Shown: piece after piece, positions 1-12,200 of the stretch
Position numbering within the stretch: position 1 is the first letter of the stretch
Layout of the letters: each line of letters opens with the position of its first letter
Origin: Macrostomum lignano
Lineage: Eukaryota
Direction: 5' to 3'
DNA: 64,000 nt
NCBI GenBank assembly: GCA_002269645.1
Contig: NIVC01000527.1
Coordinates: 372,001 to 436,000, forward strand
The notes under the pieces: model-generated
The model's input: only the letters and a program-made list of their open reading frames with translations
What the model was told of the DNA's origin: nothing
Databases searched by the model: none
Position numbers and translations under genes: made by a program

Positions 1-856
1 AACCCAAAAGTGCACAAATATGAGCTACAAAACCGTAAAGAATATAAGATTCATTCCCTAATGTCCTTCCTAGCTATTCTCCATATTCAATGGGTCTCCC
101 ATGCAGAGCGGAGTATCAATCTAATCAGCCACTTACTTCACACTTCACTTCCCAACCGAGGTTTAAAGAAAAATTTTCAACCCGTCAGTCAGCGCAGCCA
201 AAATCTTTAATTATTTGTTTGAATTTTATAGTAAGTCAGCACGTATAATTCGATTCAAAAATTTTGAGCCAACAGTATTTATTGCGTTGTATTGTACTTT
301 GTTCTTCTGGGTCGCTAAAAATATCTACCGCACGAATATTACTCATAGTAAGCGAAGGGTCTTTATGGTATTTTATACTTAAACGACCGATGGTGTTTGT
401 ACCTACCAGGTTAAAATGAGCCTTAGAAGCTCTTTGCTAGTGAAAATTAAAGTTTATTAAGTACTCCAATTCCTATAAGTTCCTGTGCTTTTAAAAAGCG
501 AGTTTTTTACTCTGCTTGGCTACTGGAAGTAGCTGTCTCGGAAGATACAAGTATTAATGTATGAAATATAAAATATTTAAAGTGTGATATGTAATTCTCT
601 GATTCAGGTAATATAGGTGTTGCAGCGATAAATCACTGAATAAATGAGTAATGCATTGAATGAATTCCTGATTGCACGCTAACCGCGCCCAACTCTGCTT
701 TACTTGCAGTGCTATCGTTCATTCTGCCGATTATGCATCATATTTCATGATATTCATCATATATTTTGCCTAATTTATTCATTTTTACAACCTAATGTGG
801 CTGATAAATATCTAGTATCAACAATTACTACTTATAGCTTTCTAATAATTTACAGC

Positions 857-1686
857 TGTCTCCCTCTTCCATCTATCTCCTTCTCTCCCTCTCCCACCTG
901 TCTCCATGTCTCCCTCTCCCACCTGTCTCCATGTCTCCCTCTCCCACCTGTCTCCATGTCTCCCTCTTCCATCTATCTCCCTCTCCCACCTGTCTCCATG
1001 TCTCCCTCTCCCACCTGTCTCCATGTCTCCCTCTTCCATCTATCTCCTTCTCTCCTTCTCCCACCTGTCTCCATGTCTCCCTCTCCCACCTGTCTCCATG
1101 TCTCCCTCTCCCACCTGTCTCCATGTCTCCCTCTCCCACCTGTCTCCATGTCTCCCTCTCCCACCTGTCTCCATGTCTCCCTCTCCCACCTGTCTCCATG
1201 TCTCCCTCTCCCACCTGTCTCCATGTCTCCCTCTCCCACCTGTCTCCATGTCTCCCTCTTCCATCTATCTCCTTCTCTCCTTCTCCCACCTGTCTCCATG
1301 TCTCCCTCTCCCACCTGTCTCCATGTCTCCCTCTTCCATCTATCTCCTTCTCTCCTTCTCCCACCTGTCTCCATGTCCCCCTCTCCCACCTGTCTCTATG
1401 TCTCCCTCTCCCACCTGTCTCCATGTCTCCCTCTCCCACCTGTCTCCATGTCTCCCTCTCCCACCTGTCTCCATGTCTCCCTCTTCCATCTATCTCCTTT
1501 TCTCCTTCTCCCACCTGTCTCCATGTCTCCCTCTCCCACCTGTCTCCATGTCTCCCTCTCCCACCTGTCTCCATGTCTCCCTCTCCCACCTGTCTCCATG
1601 TCTTCCTCTCCCACCTGTCTCCATCTCTCCCTCTCCCACCCGTCTCCCTGTCTCCCCATCTCCGTCTCCCACATGTCTCCCTTTCT
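857..1686. repeat. Pyrimidine-rich minisatellite, 25-bp unit (CTCCCACCTGTCTCCATGTCTCCCT) with interspersed variant units CTTCCATCTATCTCCTT
   Basis: Direct tandem periodicity in the sequence. It lies upstream of the GPCR acceptor at 1771-1772, so it is intronic. The overlapping ORFs in several frames are repeat artefacts. Confidence 0.95.
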
Positions 1687-1772
1687 TCGCTCTTTACGAC
1701 TAAATTCGCGATAGTTTCGCACCGTTTCAATTAGCTAAATTAAAGAAAATGAAACCTTGAATTTCTTCGTAG

Positions 1773-2267
1773 ATCCGCCTTGTGCTCAACTCGCTGCTGC
1801 AGTCGCGCTTTGACTGCGCACGCGACCTCTCCGCCGTCCACCTGGCAAGCATCAACCAGATCCTGGATCCCTGGCTGTACATCCTGCTGCGCAAGTCCAA
1901 CTTCCTGCGCGCCTGGCGCATTGTCCGCCGGTTTAACTGGTGCGGCCGGTCGACCGGGGCGGCGGATCGCGGCGGCGATAACGGCGTCGCCAGGCGGCGA
2001 AGGCGTCCGCCGTCGGCTCTGTTACTGCGTCGTTGCTGCACACAGCGGCTGGGCCTGGCAGCTGCTACGCTGCCGCAACGCCAGCTGGCTGCGGACGCCG
2101 CATCGCCGTCGCCGCCGCCAGACGGCGAGAACTGGCAGTGGCGAGTTGCTGGCCAGGCCCGCAGCCTGCCAGACCTGCGCAGCTGTCCGCAGTTGCGGTG
2201 CCGCGCCTGCGCCAGCCATCAGTCTGTGGAGGAGGCTGGGCCTGTGGGACACCTCCTAGCTTCATAA
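1773..2267 (+). CDS. Terminal exon of a prostanoid (prostaglandin EP4/EP3-like) GPCR: end of TM6, ECL3, TM7 and C-tail
   Basis: Acceptor tttcttcgtAG at 1771-72, phase 0. Translates IRLVLNSLLQSRFDCARDLSAVHLASINQILDPWLYILLRK..., stop at 2265-2267. ASxNxILDPWxYILLRK (DPxxY) is the prostanoid-receptor TM7 signature. Upstream exons were not found in the window. Confidence 0.8.
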   Translation: MRLVLNSLLQSRFDCARDLSAVHLASINQILDPWLYILLRKSNFLRAWRIVRRFNWCGRSTGAADRGGDNGVARRRRRPPSALLLRRCCTQRLGLAAATLPQRQLAADAASPSPPPDGENWQWRVAGQARSLPDLRSCPQLRCRACASHQSVEEAGPVGHLLAS

Positions 2268-3191
2268 GCATCGGAGCGTACCGACCAGCTTTGCTAATTA
2301 TAATTGGTTTGACCTGATTGAATGGCATTTATGGCTCTATTTACAGCTTCATGAAATACAGACCATTGAAACAGGTTTTTTGAAGTCATTCAGCCCAATT
2401 TAAACTTTTAGCCAGCCGAGTAATTTTCTGATTTTATTGACACTTTAAGCAATTGTTTGTAAATCCTTCAGCTCTCGGTGATTGCCGAATACTTGTGGAT
2501 GCTGAAATAAATAGATTTAATTACATATTGTATATATCTAATACTATTAAATTGCTTAATAGACCAATCTGATCCTTATGCTGAATTTCCTGCTCAAAAG
2601 AAAGAGATTCTTACAAAAATGGAAAATCCGCGACAAGAGATTTCAATATAGAATTGAATTCAATTCAACTCTGAAGGCTTCGTTCGTTTTAATCTTGAAC
2701 TAAATCTTTTGAGCCTGAAGGCTCAACAGCGTTCTCCACTGGGACTGCGAAGGTTGCAGCAGCAGCAGCTCTCGTGCGGCCATAAAAATCCGATTTGCAT
2801 CTTTCCAATCGGCTGCAGCTGCATTGTTAAGAGGTGATTAAAAGCTGAAATCAGTTAACAATGGAGGTTGTAAAAAATGGTTAATCAATTCCACGCCTCG
2901 CTTTGCAAGGAATCGGACGAATAGCCAGACTACCAAATTTGGACCGGCAAGCGCCCATTGCAAACCCATCTTAGTAGAAACTATTTTAATCGGCCGCTGA
3001 TCCAATCAATCTGCCGGAGCTGTCCAAGCGCAAGTATCGCGATGCCGATCTCATGCTGAAACAGCCAGCATAAATACCGCTTCTGGGGGGGGGGGGCTCT
3101 GCCTGTCCCAGTCTGTCAAGGCGGGGACTTTGGCTTTCTCTCAGTCAGCTTGCTCAGTCTAATTCAAGCCTTACTTGCCTAGAAATCAGCA

Positions 3192-5176
3192 ATGAAACTC
3201 TTTGCTCCCATCGTTCTGCTGGCCCTGCTGCCGTCTGGTAAGTGAACTCTTCACTCCAACTGTGAAGCTAAACTGCAACAAACCAGCATCCTTGACCTCC
3301 GCCCCATCATAACGCCAGCTTTCTCGCTGTACGGCCCGCTGGAGCACGCCATCGGTCTGTCGGACAATGCCAAGTTGTACATCATGTGCCAGCACAACCG
3401 GATCCGAGCTCAGGTGGCCAAGGGTGGAGATACTGGCTACAAGTCGCAGCCAAAGGCTGCCAACATGCAGGCCTTGGTGAGCTCTAGTTTAAACCCAGCC
3501 GTTTACGTACGACACCACACGCTCTTTTGATGGGTCCTTTGATGTTCCCCGACACCTAGGACCCCTCCGCCTGAAACTCACCCCTCTATATTGTTCATTG
3601 CTCATTACTCATCGCTACTTTATCAAGTGCTGGTGCGAGGAACTCGTCGCCAAGGCCCAGGAGCACGCCAGCAACTGCAGCGGCCCGCCGCACGACAAGC
3701 GATCCGGTCGGAAGACGGCCAACTTCCCGGATGTAGGCCAGAGCCTCATGAACACCTTGCGATCGTCGCCAATTGATGAGTGAGTTTTGAAATCCAACCA
3801 TGTTTTCTAAGAACTTGCAAAAATTGAAACCAAAGGGTTCCCTTCCGCACGGTAATTGGTTTTGAAAATTGTCGTAAGACTTTCGTCCGTGAGGAGCAAA
3901 CAAAATCAGATCGGTGGAACAGTCATCACTTCTTGTTGGCTCTGAGAACTCCTGTCCACTGTCGGCCTGATATATGACAATGCTCAAAAGTTCCCAGGTC
4001 ATCTGGTAATTTTCGAGTCACCTCAACTCTGCCAAAAAAATTCTATCCATCTATCCTTTTTCACATTGTTTTCGCTCTTTGCTCGTCATTAAGCGATCTT
4101 GTTGGACGTGCAGCTGTATGCCACTTGGGTGCATGCGATTCTGCAACACAATTGTACGTTACCGTTTTTCAGGGCTATGGAGGGCTTCCTTGAAGAGTGC
4201 AACGGCTACGACTTCGAAAACAACTATTGCGACACCGCCAAGGCCGGCCGGGCCCACGTCTGCGGCCACTACACGGCGCTGGTGTGGGCGGAGACGCAGT
4301 GCCTCGGCTGCACCTACGACCAGTGCTCCGGCAAGCCGCACGGCCGACTCGTCTGCAACTACGGCCCCGGCGGCAACATCGAGGGCAAGAAGCCCTACGT
4401 TAGTGGCGAGCCGTGCACCCAGTGCAAGAGCGGCCAGATGTGCCTGGACAACGGGTTGTGCAGCGACAAGATGAACTGCGCCGGTGACCGCTGCTCCGCG
4501 CCGCCCAGCACAGACAGCACCAGCGAGTGCAAGGACCTCAACCCGTCCTGCCCTGCCTACAGGGACTACCCCACCATCCGGGCCTGCGACGCCGATTCGC
4601 CCTACCTATTGTTCGCCCAGCAGAACTGCAAAGCCACCTGCGGCTGGTGCGGCGGTGTCAATGTTGGCAAAGTGTGCGCCAAATCTATCAACGTGACCAG
4701 CGACTTGTGCGAGAAGCTGACAACCATTGACAGTGAGTTGGTGCCACCCTGGCCAAACCGGGCTTGAGGCGGCTTGAGCAGCAATGCGGCAGAAATGTTA
4801 TCAGTGCACTCTCAGTGCACTATCACTGGCTGTGGTCTGTGACTTAGTGGGGTTGGTAGATGTGGGAGGCTTCAGCAATGAGCAAACTTTGGATGAGGCC
4901 ATTCCATAAATGTCACTATCACACCACACAGGGAGGGAGTGCAAAGTCGGCAACGGTCTTACCTACGCTGGAACAAAGAGCCAAACAAAGAACGGCGAGG
5001 CCTGCATCCCGTGGAAAACCAACGACGCCAGGACCAACTACTACAACGGTTTCGAGTTCCCGGACCGGAACAAGAACGACGCGCAGAATTACTGCAGGAA
5101 CCCCGCCTCGTCGGGCACCGGACCCTGGTGTTACACGGCTAGCAGCTGGGGCTACTGCGACATTCCCGACTGCTGA
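3192..5176 (+). CDS. Secreted CAP/SCP-domain protein with cysteine-rich hinge, ShKT domain and C-terminal kringle
   Basis: Phase-consistent exons 3192-3237, 3319-3477, 3629-3779, 4173-4732, 4932-5176. Signal peptide MKLFAPIVLLALLPSAFS. CAP motifs HNRIRAQVA, QPKAANM, GHYTALVWAET, LVCNYGPGGN. ShKT-like CKDLNPSC...C...NCKATCGWC. Kringle C...Y.G..S.T..G..C.PW...NYCRNP...GPWCY...WGYCDIPDC. Confidence 0.85.
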
Positions 5177-6003
5177 GCCTCAACAGCTCTAACCGACAAA
5201 GGACGGGATCTGATAAACAAACAATTTCAATGGCATTACAAAGTCTGCCAATTTACTTTTTGGTGAAAAATAAATTTGGGTTCAGTCAGAAGCAACTGCC
5301 GTTCGCCGTTTTTTTTCATTAGCCAACAGGACAAAGGCGGAAGGCGCGGGGATGGCGAGGACGACGAAGGGCAGGCGAAGCGAGCCCGCTATCAAGTACG
5401 AGTATATTTCGATAGTATTGAAGCATAAAAGAAACAAAATTAAGTAAACAGGAGTAAACAGGAGAAACAAAAATCATAGGATAACAGAAAAAGTGTGCGC
5501 CACGTACATAAAAGGCCAACCTCCCCGCCACCCCACGCACCCCCACACGCCGGCACATGAAGAACAGCCCGCGCAAGGCACGCCCGTCATCAGTACCCCA
5601 GCACTGAAATCACCAACTTGCATTATTAATGATGCTGAATGGTGGCTCAGGAAGTTACTCAGGAAAGTAAAGGGTTCTCAAAGCTGGAGGTATCGTGCGC
5701 TTGTGCATATCTAATGCACACGAAACGAAGCAATTTGTGACTACAAATATTTTGAATTACAGCTTACGAATGAAGACGAACTCCAGTAATAGAGTTCTCT
5801 CTGTGAATTCTCTCTGTGTTACTGCCGCTTTCAGTGCAGTGCTGATCTAAAGGGTGAATATGGCGGAAGCTGTGGCTGTTCGACATCACACGAGCGTTGA
5901 GATGAGACCTCGCTCCATCCATACCAGCGAATGCTCCCCACCAAAGCATCGTTGAGAGACCCCCGTTTGACACCACCGCGGGGCAGAGTCAATAAAATAA
6001 TAA

Positions 6004-6321
6004 TATAGCTTTTGTCATGCTATCTCAGCCTAGGGACATCCAATCTCAGCCAATATAGATTTCAATTGCAAACAGATCTCAATGCTATCATTTCTATAAC
6101 GTGACATGAAATGGCAACAAACAGCAATGAATGAACGCAGCAAGAAAAGTCAGTAAGAATCTGAAAAGTGGCTGAGATTGCATGTCCCAGGCTGAGATAG
6201 CATGGCCTTAAGAAGCATGTCTATGGTAAAACTTGACTGGCTTACGTAAAAAATCGCACTGTTGAGATGGGCTGGCTGAGTTTGGATGTCTCTAGGCTGA
6301 GATAGCATGACAAATACTATA
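6004..6321. mobile_element. MITE (non-autonomous DNA transposon) with ~47-bp terminal inverted repeats and TA at both ends
   Basis: Left 6004-6050 TATAGCTTTTGTCATGCTATCTCAGCCTAGGGACATCCAATCTCAGCC is the near-perfect reverse complement of right 6274-6321 GGCTGAGTTTGGATGTCTCTAGGCTGAGATAGCATGACAAATACTATA. An extra internal copy of the subterminal motif sits at 6170-6206. Confidence 0.8.
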
Positions 6322-6820
6322 CAAACGTATCACTCTAACAGTTTTTAATAATTCAAAATGCAATGAAAAGAATGGTTTTAAATTATTGAATAATAAGGGT
6401 TTGCTTTGTTCAATAAATGTGAAACCCCACGAGTGCTTCGGTTCTATTTGTGCAATGAAACGATATTAAAAATGGCACACTGCGTGCAGTGCGGTAAAAT
6501 AATTATTACTTATTTTTCTTCAAAGATTAAAATTGCTGGATTGATAAGTAAATAAGCAAATATACTCATATATTTCATCAATTACTCTAGCATTGAGGCA
6601 ATGAAATTCAACATGAAATTCTAAATGAAACAAAAAAGTTATAATTAAAATACAATCAGCCAGGGCTGATATTTCAAGCAGTTGTATGAAATTCTACATA
6701 ACAGTACTACTCCGCAAAATGTTTAGTAGTATATAAAGCGTTTAAAAATCATCTGGGTTAAAATTGAATATAAATAGCTAGTGCACTGCTAACGCTCGTT
6801 GAACAATGCAAATTTAAGCA

Positions 6821-7863
6821 TACCTCCACACTGAACTGGGGCTACCCTCCACACTAAACTGGGGCTACCCTCTACACTAAACTGGGGCTACCCTCCACAC
6901 TAAACTGGGGCTACCCTCCACACTAAACTGGGGCTACCCTCCACACTGAACTGGGGCTACCCTCCACACTGAACTGGGGCTATCCTCCACACTAAACTGG
7001 GGCTACCCTCCACACTGAACTGGGGCTATCCTCCACACTAAACTGGGGCTACTCTCCACACTGAACTGGGGCTACCCTCCACACTGAACTGGGGCTACCC
7101 TCCACACTGAACTGGGGCTACCCTCCACACTAAACTGGGGCTACCCTCCACACTGAACTGGGGCTACCCTCCACACTAAACTGGGGCTACCCTCCACACT
7201 GAACTGGGGCTATCCTCCACACTAAACTGGGGCTACCCTCCACACTAAACTGGGGCTACCCTCCACACTGAACTGGGGCTATCCTCCACACTAAACTGGG
7301 GCTACTCTCCACACTGAACTGGGGCTACCCTCCACACTGAACTGGGGCTACCCTCCACACTGAACTGGGGCTACCCTCCACACTGAACTGAGGCTACCCT
7401 CCACACTGAACTGAGGCTACTTTCCACACTAAACTGGGGCTACCCTCCACACTAAACTGGGGCTACCCTCCACACTAAACTGGGGCTACCCTCCACACTA
7501 AACTGGGGCTACCCTCCACACTAAACTGGGGCTACCCTCCACACTAAACTGGGGCTACCCTCCACACTAAACTGGGGCTACCCTCCACACTGAACTGAGG
7601 CTACCCTCCACACTGAACTGAGGCTACTTTCCACACTAAACTGGGGCTACCCTCCACACTAAACTGGGGCTACCCTCCACACTAAACTGGGGCTACCCTC
7701 CACACTGAACTGGGGCTACCCTCCACACTAAACTGGGGCTACCCTCCACACTAAACTGGGGCTACCCTCCACACTAAACTGGGGCTACCCTCCACACTAA
7801 ACTGGGGCTACCCTCCACACTGAACTGGGGCTACTCTCCACACTAAACTGGGGCTACTCTCCA
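6821..7863. repeat. Minisatellite, 23-bp unit (ACCCTCCACACT[A/G]AACTGGGGCT), about 45 copies
   Basis: Direct tandem periodicity, few substitutions. Confidence 0.97.
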
Positions 7864-8338
7864 TAGGGAATCCCGAAGTACTGCTTCATTACTCAATTTG
7901 CACTCAAGGGTGTAAGTTAAAAGGGTACATTTAAAATTTCGCTGGAATGTATATTGATATAAAATAAAAATGGTGTTAAACACAAAGATAGTTGAATTTT
8001 ATACAAAAATCACATCTACTAGGACGGACTCAATAAAATCGCAAAAAATGAAATCAAATTTTAATTCTCAAGCTGTGCAAGAAACCATGAGTTCTTTAAT
8101 GATAACAGCATATATAGTCACTGAGAATTATGGTAGAAATTTTTAAATATAATTTTATGGCAGAACCTGTGAGGAGAGACTGAGAGAGATTACTAAATCC
8201 TTATGGCAAAAGATTTTTACAATGAGTAAAATGAAACCCAGTAATTTGTTTGATTTTTCAGAGAGATATAGCTGTGTAAATACGAAGTATTTGTAACAAA
8301 ATTTGACAGTGGAATAGCAACTGCCAATCATATTTGGA

Positions 8339-9066
8339 ATGTCTATGGCCCTAATTCCCCGATCGTGTCTATGGTCCTAATTCCCCGATCATGTCTATGG
8401 CCCTAATTCCCCGATCGTGTCTATGGTCCTAATTCCCCGATCATGTCTATGGCCCTAATTCCCCGATCATGTCTATGGTCCTAATTCCCGACCATATCTA
8501 TGGTCCTAATTCCCTGATCATGTCTATGGTCCTAATTCCCCGATCGTGTCTATGGTCCTAATTCCCCGATCATGTCTATGGTCCTAATTCCCGACCATGT
8601 CTATGGTCCTAATTCCCGACCATATCTATGGTCCTAATTCCCCGATCATGTCTATGGTCCTAATTCCCCCGATCATGTCTATGGTCCTAATTCCCCCGAT
8701 CATGTCTATGGTCCTAATTCCCCGATCATGTCTATGGTCCTAATTCCCCGATCGTGTCTATGGTCCTAATTCCCCCGATCGAGTCTATGGTCCTAATTCC
8801 CCGATCATGTCTATGGTCCTAATTCCCCCGATCGTGTCTATGGTCCTAATTCCCCGATCATGTCTATGGTCCTAATTCCCCCGATCGTGTCTATGGTCCT
8901 AATTCCCCGACCATGTCTATGGTCCTAATTCCCCGATCATGTCTATGGTCCTAATTCCCCCGATCGTGTCTATGGTCCTAATTCCCCCGATCGTGTCTAT
9001 GGTCCTAATTCCCCGATCATGTCTATGGCCCTAATTCCCCCGATCATGCATATGGCCCTAATTCCC
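8339..9066. repeat. Minisatellite, ~26-bp unit (GTCTATGGTCCTAATTCCCCGATCAT), C-tract length varies (25-27 bp), about 28 copies
   Basis: Direct tandem periodicity. Confidence 0.97.
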
Positions 9067-9225
9067 CCTCGACTATGTTTAATGAAGCTCCCCTATCCTT
9101 TCGATTTGCTCCCAGATGTACTTTTTGACAACGCCAATGAACTAAGCATGCCAGGCAAAGGGGGATACACATATTTAAAATCTTTATGTGCAGTGTAGCA
9201 CCAATAGATAGCAGCCAGGCGCTTT

Positions 9226-12200
9226 CTATTCGCTTCCAAGCTTCTTGGCCAGCCTTATCAGCTCATAGCGATCTGGCAGTCGGCCGCAGAGCCTCAGTGC
9301 CTCTTCAAGGCTGCAGCCTTTGAACTGATGCAGATCGGCGTTGAGAAATTCCCATCCGCCGATCGGCCGGTCAACAAAAGCAATCGGAGCGCCTGTGAGT
9401 AGAATATAGTTTAGACTACTGTGAGCAGTAGACAAAAGAGCATACATTTTAGCGTACAAATTTGAAAACAAGCATAAAAAGTAGTATTGTTTTGCAAATT
9501 CGAAAAACAAATATTTTTGAGCAGAAGGACACGTTGATGTTATTTTAAACAGCTAGCTTTCCAGAGTATCACCTGATTTACCTGGAAGAAAAATAGCTAA
9601 AAATAGAAGCTTAGTAAGGAAACAACGTTAGGTGCGGTTTTTGCTGTAGTCAAGAAAGACTTCTATTTTGTGGGCTTGAGAGGCTGCTGTAGCGTACAAA
9701 ATTAGTGCCATGCTCGTTCGTCTCTCAATGTACATTGGCAACGCTTGTTCAGTCGAAAGTGGAACTTTGAATCCATTCAAGTCTAGTTTGCATTTGCTCG
9801 CGCGGGGGCGATTATAGTCAAGCAGTTAGTTGGGTGAGCTACAGCAGCACCAGCTCGTAAACTATGAGCAACTCTGCTTGAGATTTTTACAACCTTGTTT
9901 TCCGATGTATTTTTTATCTAATTTGGCACTCTATCAAACACAATCCGGCACTCTATCAAACACAATCCGGCACTCTATCAAACACAATCCGGCACTCTAT
10001 CAAACACAATCTAGCACTCTATCAAACACAATCCGGCACTCTATCAAACACAATCCGGCACTCTATCAAACACAATCTAGCACTCTATCAAACACAATCC
10101 GGCACTCTATCAAACACAATCCGGCACTCTATCAAACACAATCCGGCACTCTATCAAACACAATCCGGCACTCTATCAAACACAATCCGGCACTCTATCA
10201 AACACAATCCGGCACTCTATCAAACACAATCCGGCACTCTATCAAACACAATCCGGCACTCTATCAAACACAATCCGGCACTCTATCAAACACAATCCGG
10301 CACTCTATCAAACACAATCCGGCACTCTATCAAACACAATCCGGCACTCTATCAAACACAATCCGGCACTCTATCAAACACAATCCGGCACTCTATCAAA
10401 CACAATCCGGCACTCTATCAAACACAATCCGGCACTCTATCAAACACAATCCGGCACTCTATCAAACACAATCCGGCACTCTATCAAACACAATCCGGCA
10501 CTCTATCAAACACAATCCGGCACTCTATCAAACACAATCCGGCACTCTATCAAACACAATCCGGCACTCTATCAAACACAATCCGGCACTCTATCAAACA
10601 CAATCCGGCACTTCCTTGACTCGTCATTGCTCTGAACTTTGTGTTTCGCAGTCCCCTAATTTAATTGCTTGTGGCTCTAGACTTTCAACTAGGTTATTTC
10701 AGACTAAGCCAACTGCAAGTAATTAGCATCATTAGTTGAACGTATAATGCTCAGCGAGATCGAGATAATAAGAGCGGTTAAAGCCCCGAACGAAAGCGTG
10801 AGCCTTTCTGCCTAGCAGCACTACGAAGACAGAAATTCTCATCATTCTTTCTTAAGATTTGTTTTTAAGGCGACAAGACTACACAAAAGATAGGGTTAGA
10901 GAGCCGGAATAGGGACGTAGCCGTATTTTTTGAGCAGCAAATAAACGCAACAGTGCAGCCGAGTCTTGAGAGCTGACCTACAGTGCTCTTGAGTATTGCT
11001 CTGTATGTTGTCATAAACAATAAACAGCCACTGTGAAACTCTACAAGGCTGCTTTGATACACAGTTTTTGTTGTTTTTTTGCATGCGCTGAATTCTTAGT
11101 TAAAAAAATAGTTTAAGAATGTTTAGAATTGTGTTTTAGCTACATATTTTACTCACATCCGTTGCGACAGAGCTTCTCTAACAGGTGTCTAAATATCTGC
11201 TCGGATTGTAGCAGAGCGGACTCGACTAGAGGTCCGAGCAGCGAGTCGCCGTCGCCATCATTTAGAAACAAACAGCAATATTCAACACCCGAGAGGTCTT
11301 GTCGGTTCGCCAGAATCATTAGGGCTGTTTGGTTGTCGCAATTCGGCTGGAACAGTCCACTGCACGTGAATATGTCGCACAGGCTGTCATTGCGCAATAG
11401 GTTGACGTGGGCTGCCGTCACTGCGTCTCCACCGTTTGGTTTCAAAGCCATCTCAGGGAAAGAGATTTGCCTGCGTTCATTTGTGAGAGGGAATTATTGC
11501 AATAAGTTTTATTGTTGTGGGCTAAGGTGTCGGCAGTAGATCAAAAGTTTAGTCAAGAGTCAGCAGTTGATCAAGAGTCAGCAGTTGATCAAGAGTCAGC
11601 TGTTGATCAAGAGTCAGCAGTTGATCAAGAGTCAGCTGTTGATCAAGAGTCAGCTGTTGATCAAGAGTCGGCAGTTGATCAAGAGTCAGCTGTTGATGAA
11701 GAGTCAGCTGTTGATCAAGAGTCAGCAGTTGATCAAGAGTCAGCAGTTGATCAAGAGTCAGCAGTTGATCAAGAGTCAGCAGTTGATCAAGAGTCGGCAG
11801 TTGATCAAGAGTCAGCAGTTGATCAAGAGTCGGCAGTTGATCAAGAGTCAGCAGTTGATCAAGAGTCAGCAGTTGATCAAGAGTCAGCAGTTGATCAAGA
11901 GTCGGCAGTTGATCAAGAGTCAGCAGTTGATCAAGAGTCGGCAGTTGATCAAGAGTCAGCAGTTGATCAAGAGTCAGCTGTTGATCAAGAGTCAGCAGTT
12001 GATCAAGAGTCAGCAGTTGATCAAGAGTCAGCAGTTGATCAAGAGTCAGCAGTTGATCAAGAGTCAGCAGTTGATCAAGAGTCGGCAGTTGATCAAGAGT
12101 CAGCAGTTGATCAAGAGTCAGCAGTTGATCAAGAGTCAGCTGTTGATCAAGAGTCAGCAGTTGATCAAGAGTCAGCAGTTGATCAAGAGTCGGCAGTTGA

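Noticed and set aside
704-1734. Multiple long ORFs on both strands (SPSPTCLHV / GDRWERETW repeats)
   Set aside because: They are translations of a 25-bp pyrimidine-rich tandem repeat lacking stop codons, located in the GPCR intron.
5764-5976. Minus-strand peptide NGGLSTMLWWGAFAGMDG, reminiscent of the Tc1 GGSVMVWGCF motif
   Set aside because: A single short motif with no other DDE elements in frame; insufficient to call a transposase remnant.
6821-10612. Regular 22-26-bp repeats superficially like CRISPR arrays
   Set aside because: Units are head-to-tail with no unique spacers, there are no cas genes, and the context is eukaryotic and intron-rich.
9830-10726. 298-aa ORF (NPALYQTQSGTLSNTIRHSIKH)n
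   Set aside because: A 22-bp non-triplet unit cycling through frames, intronic and antisense to the host gene.
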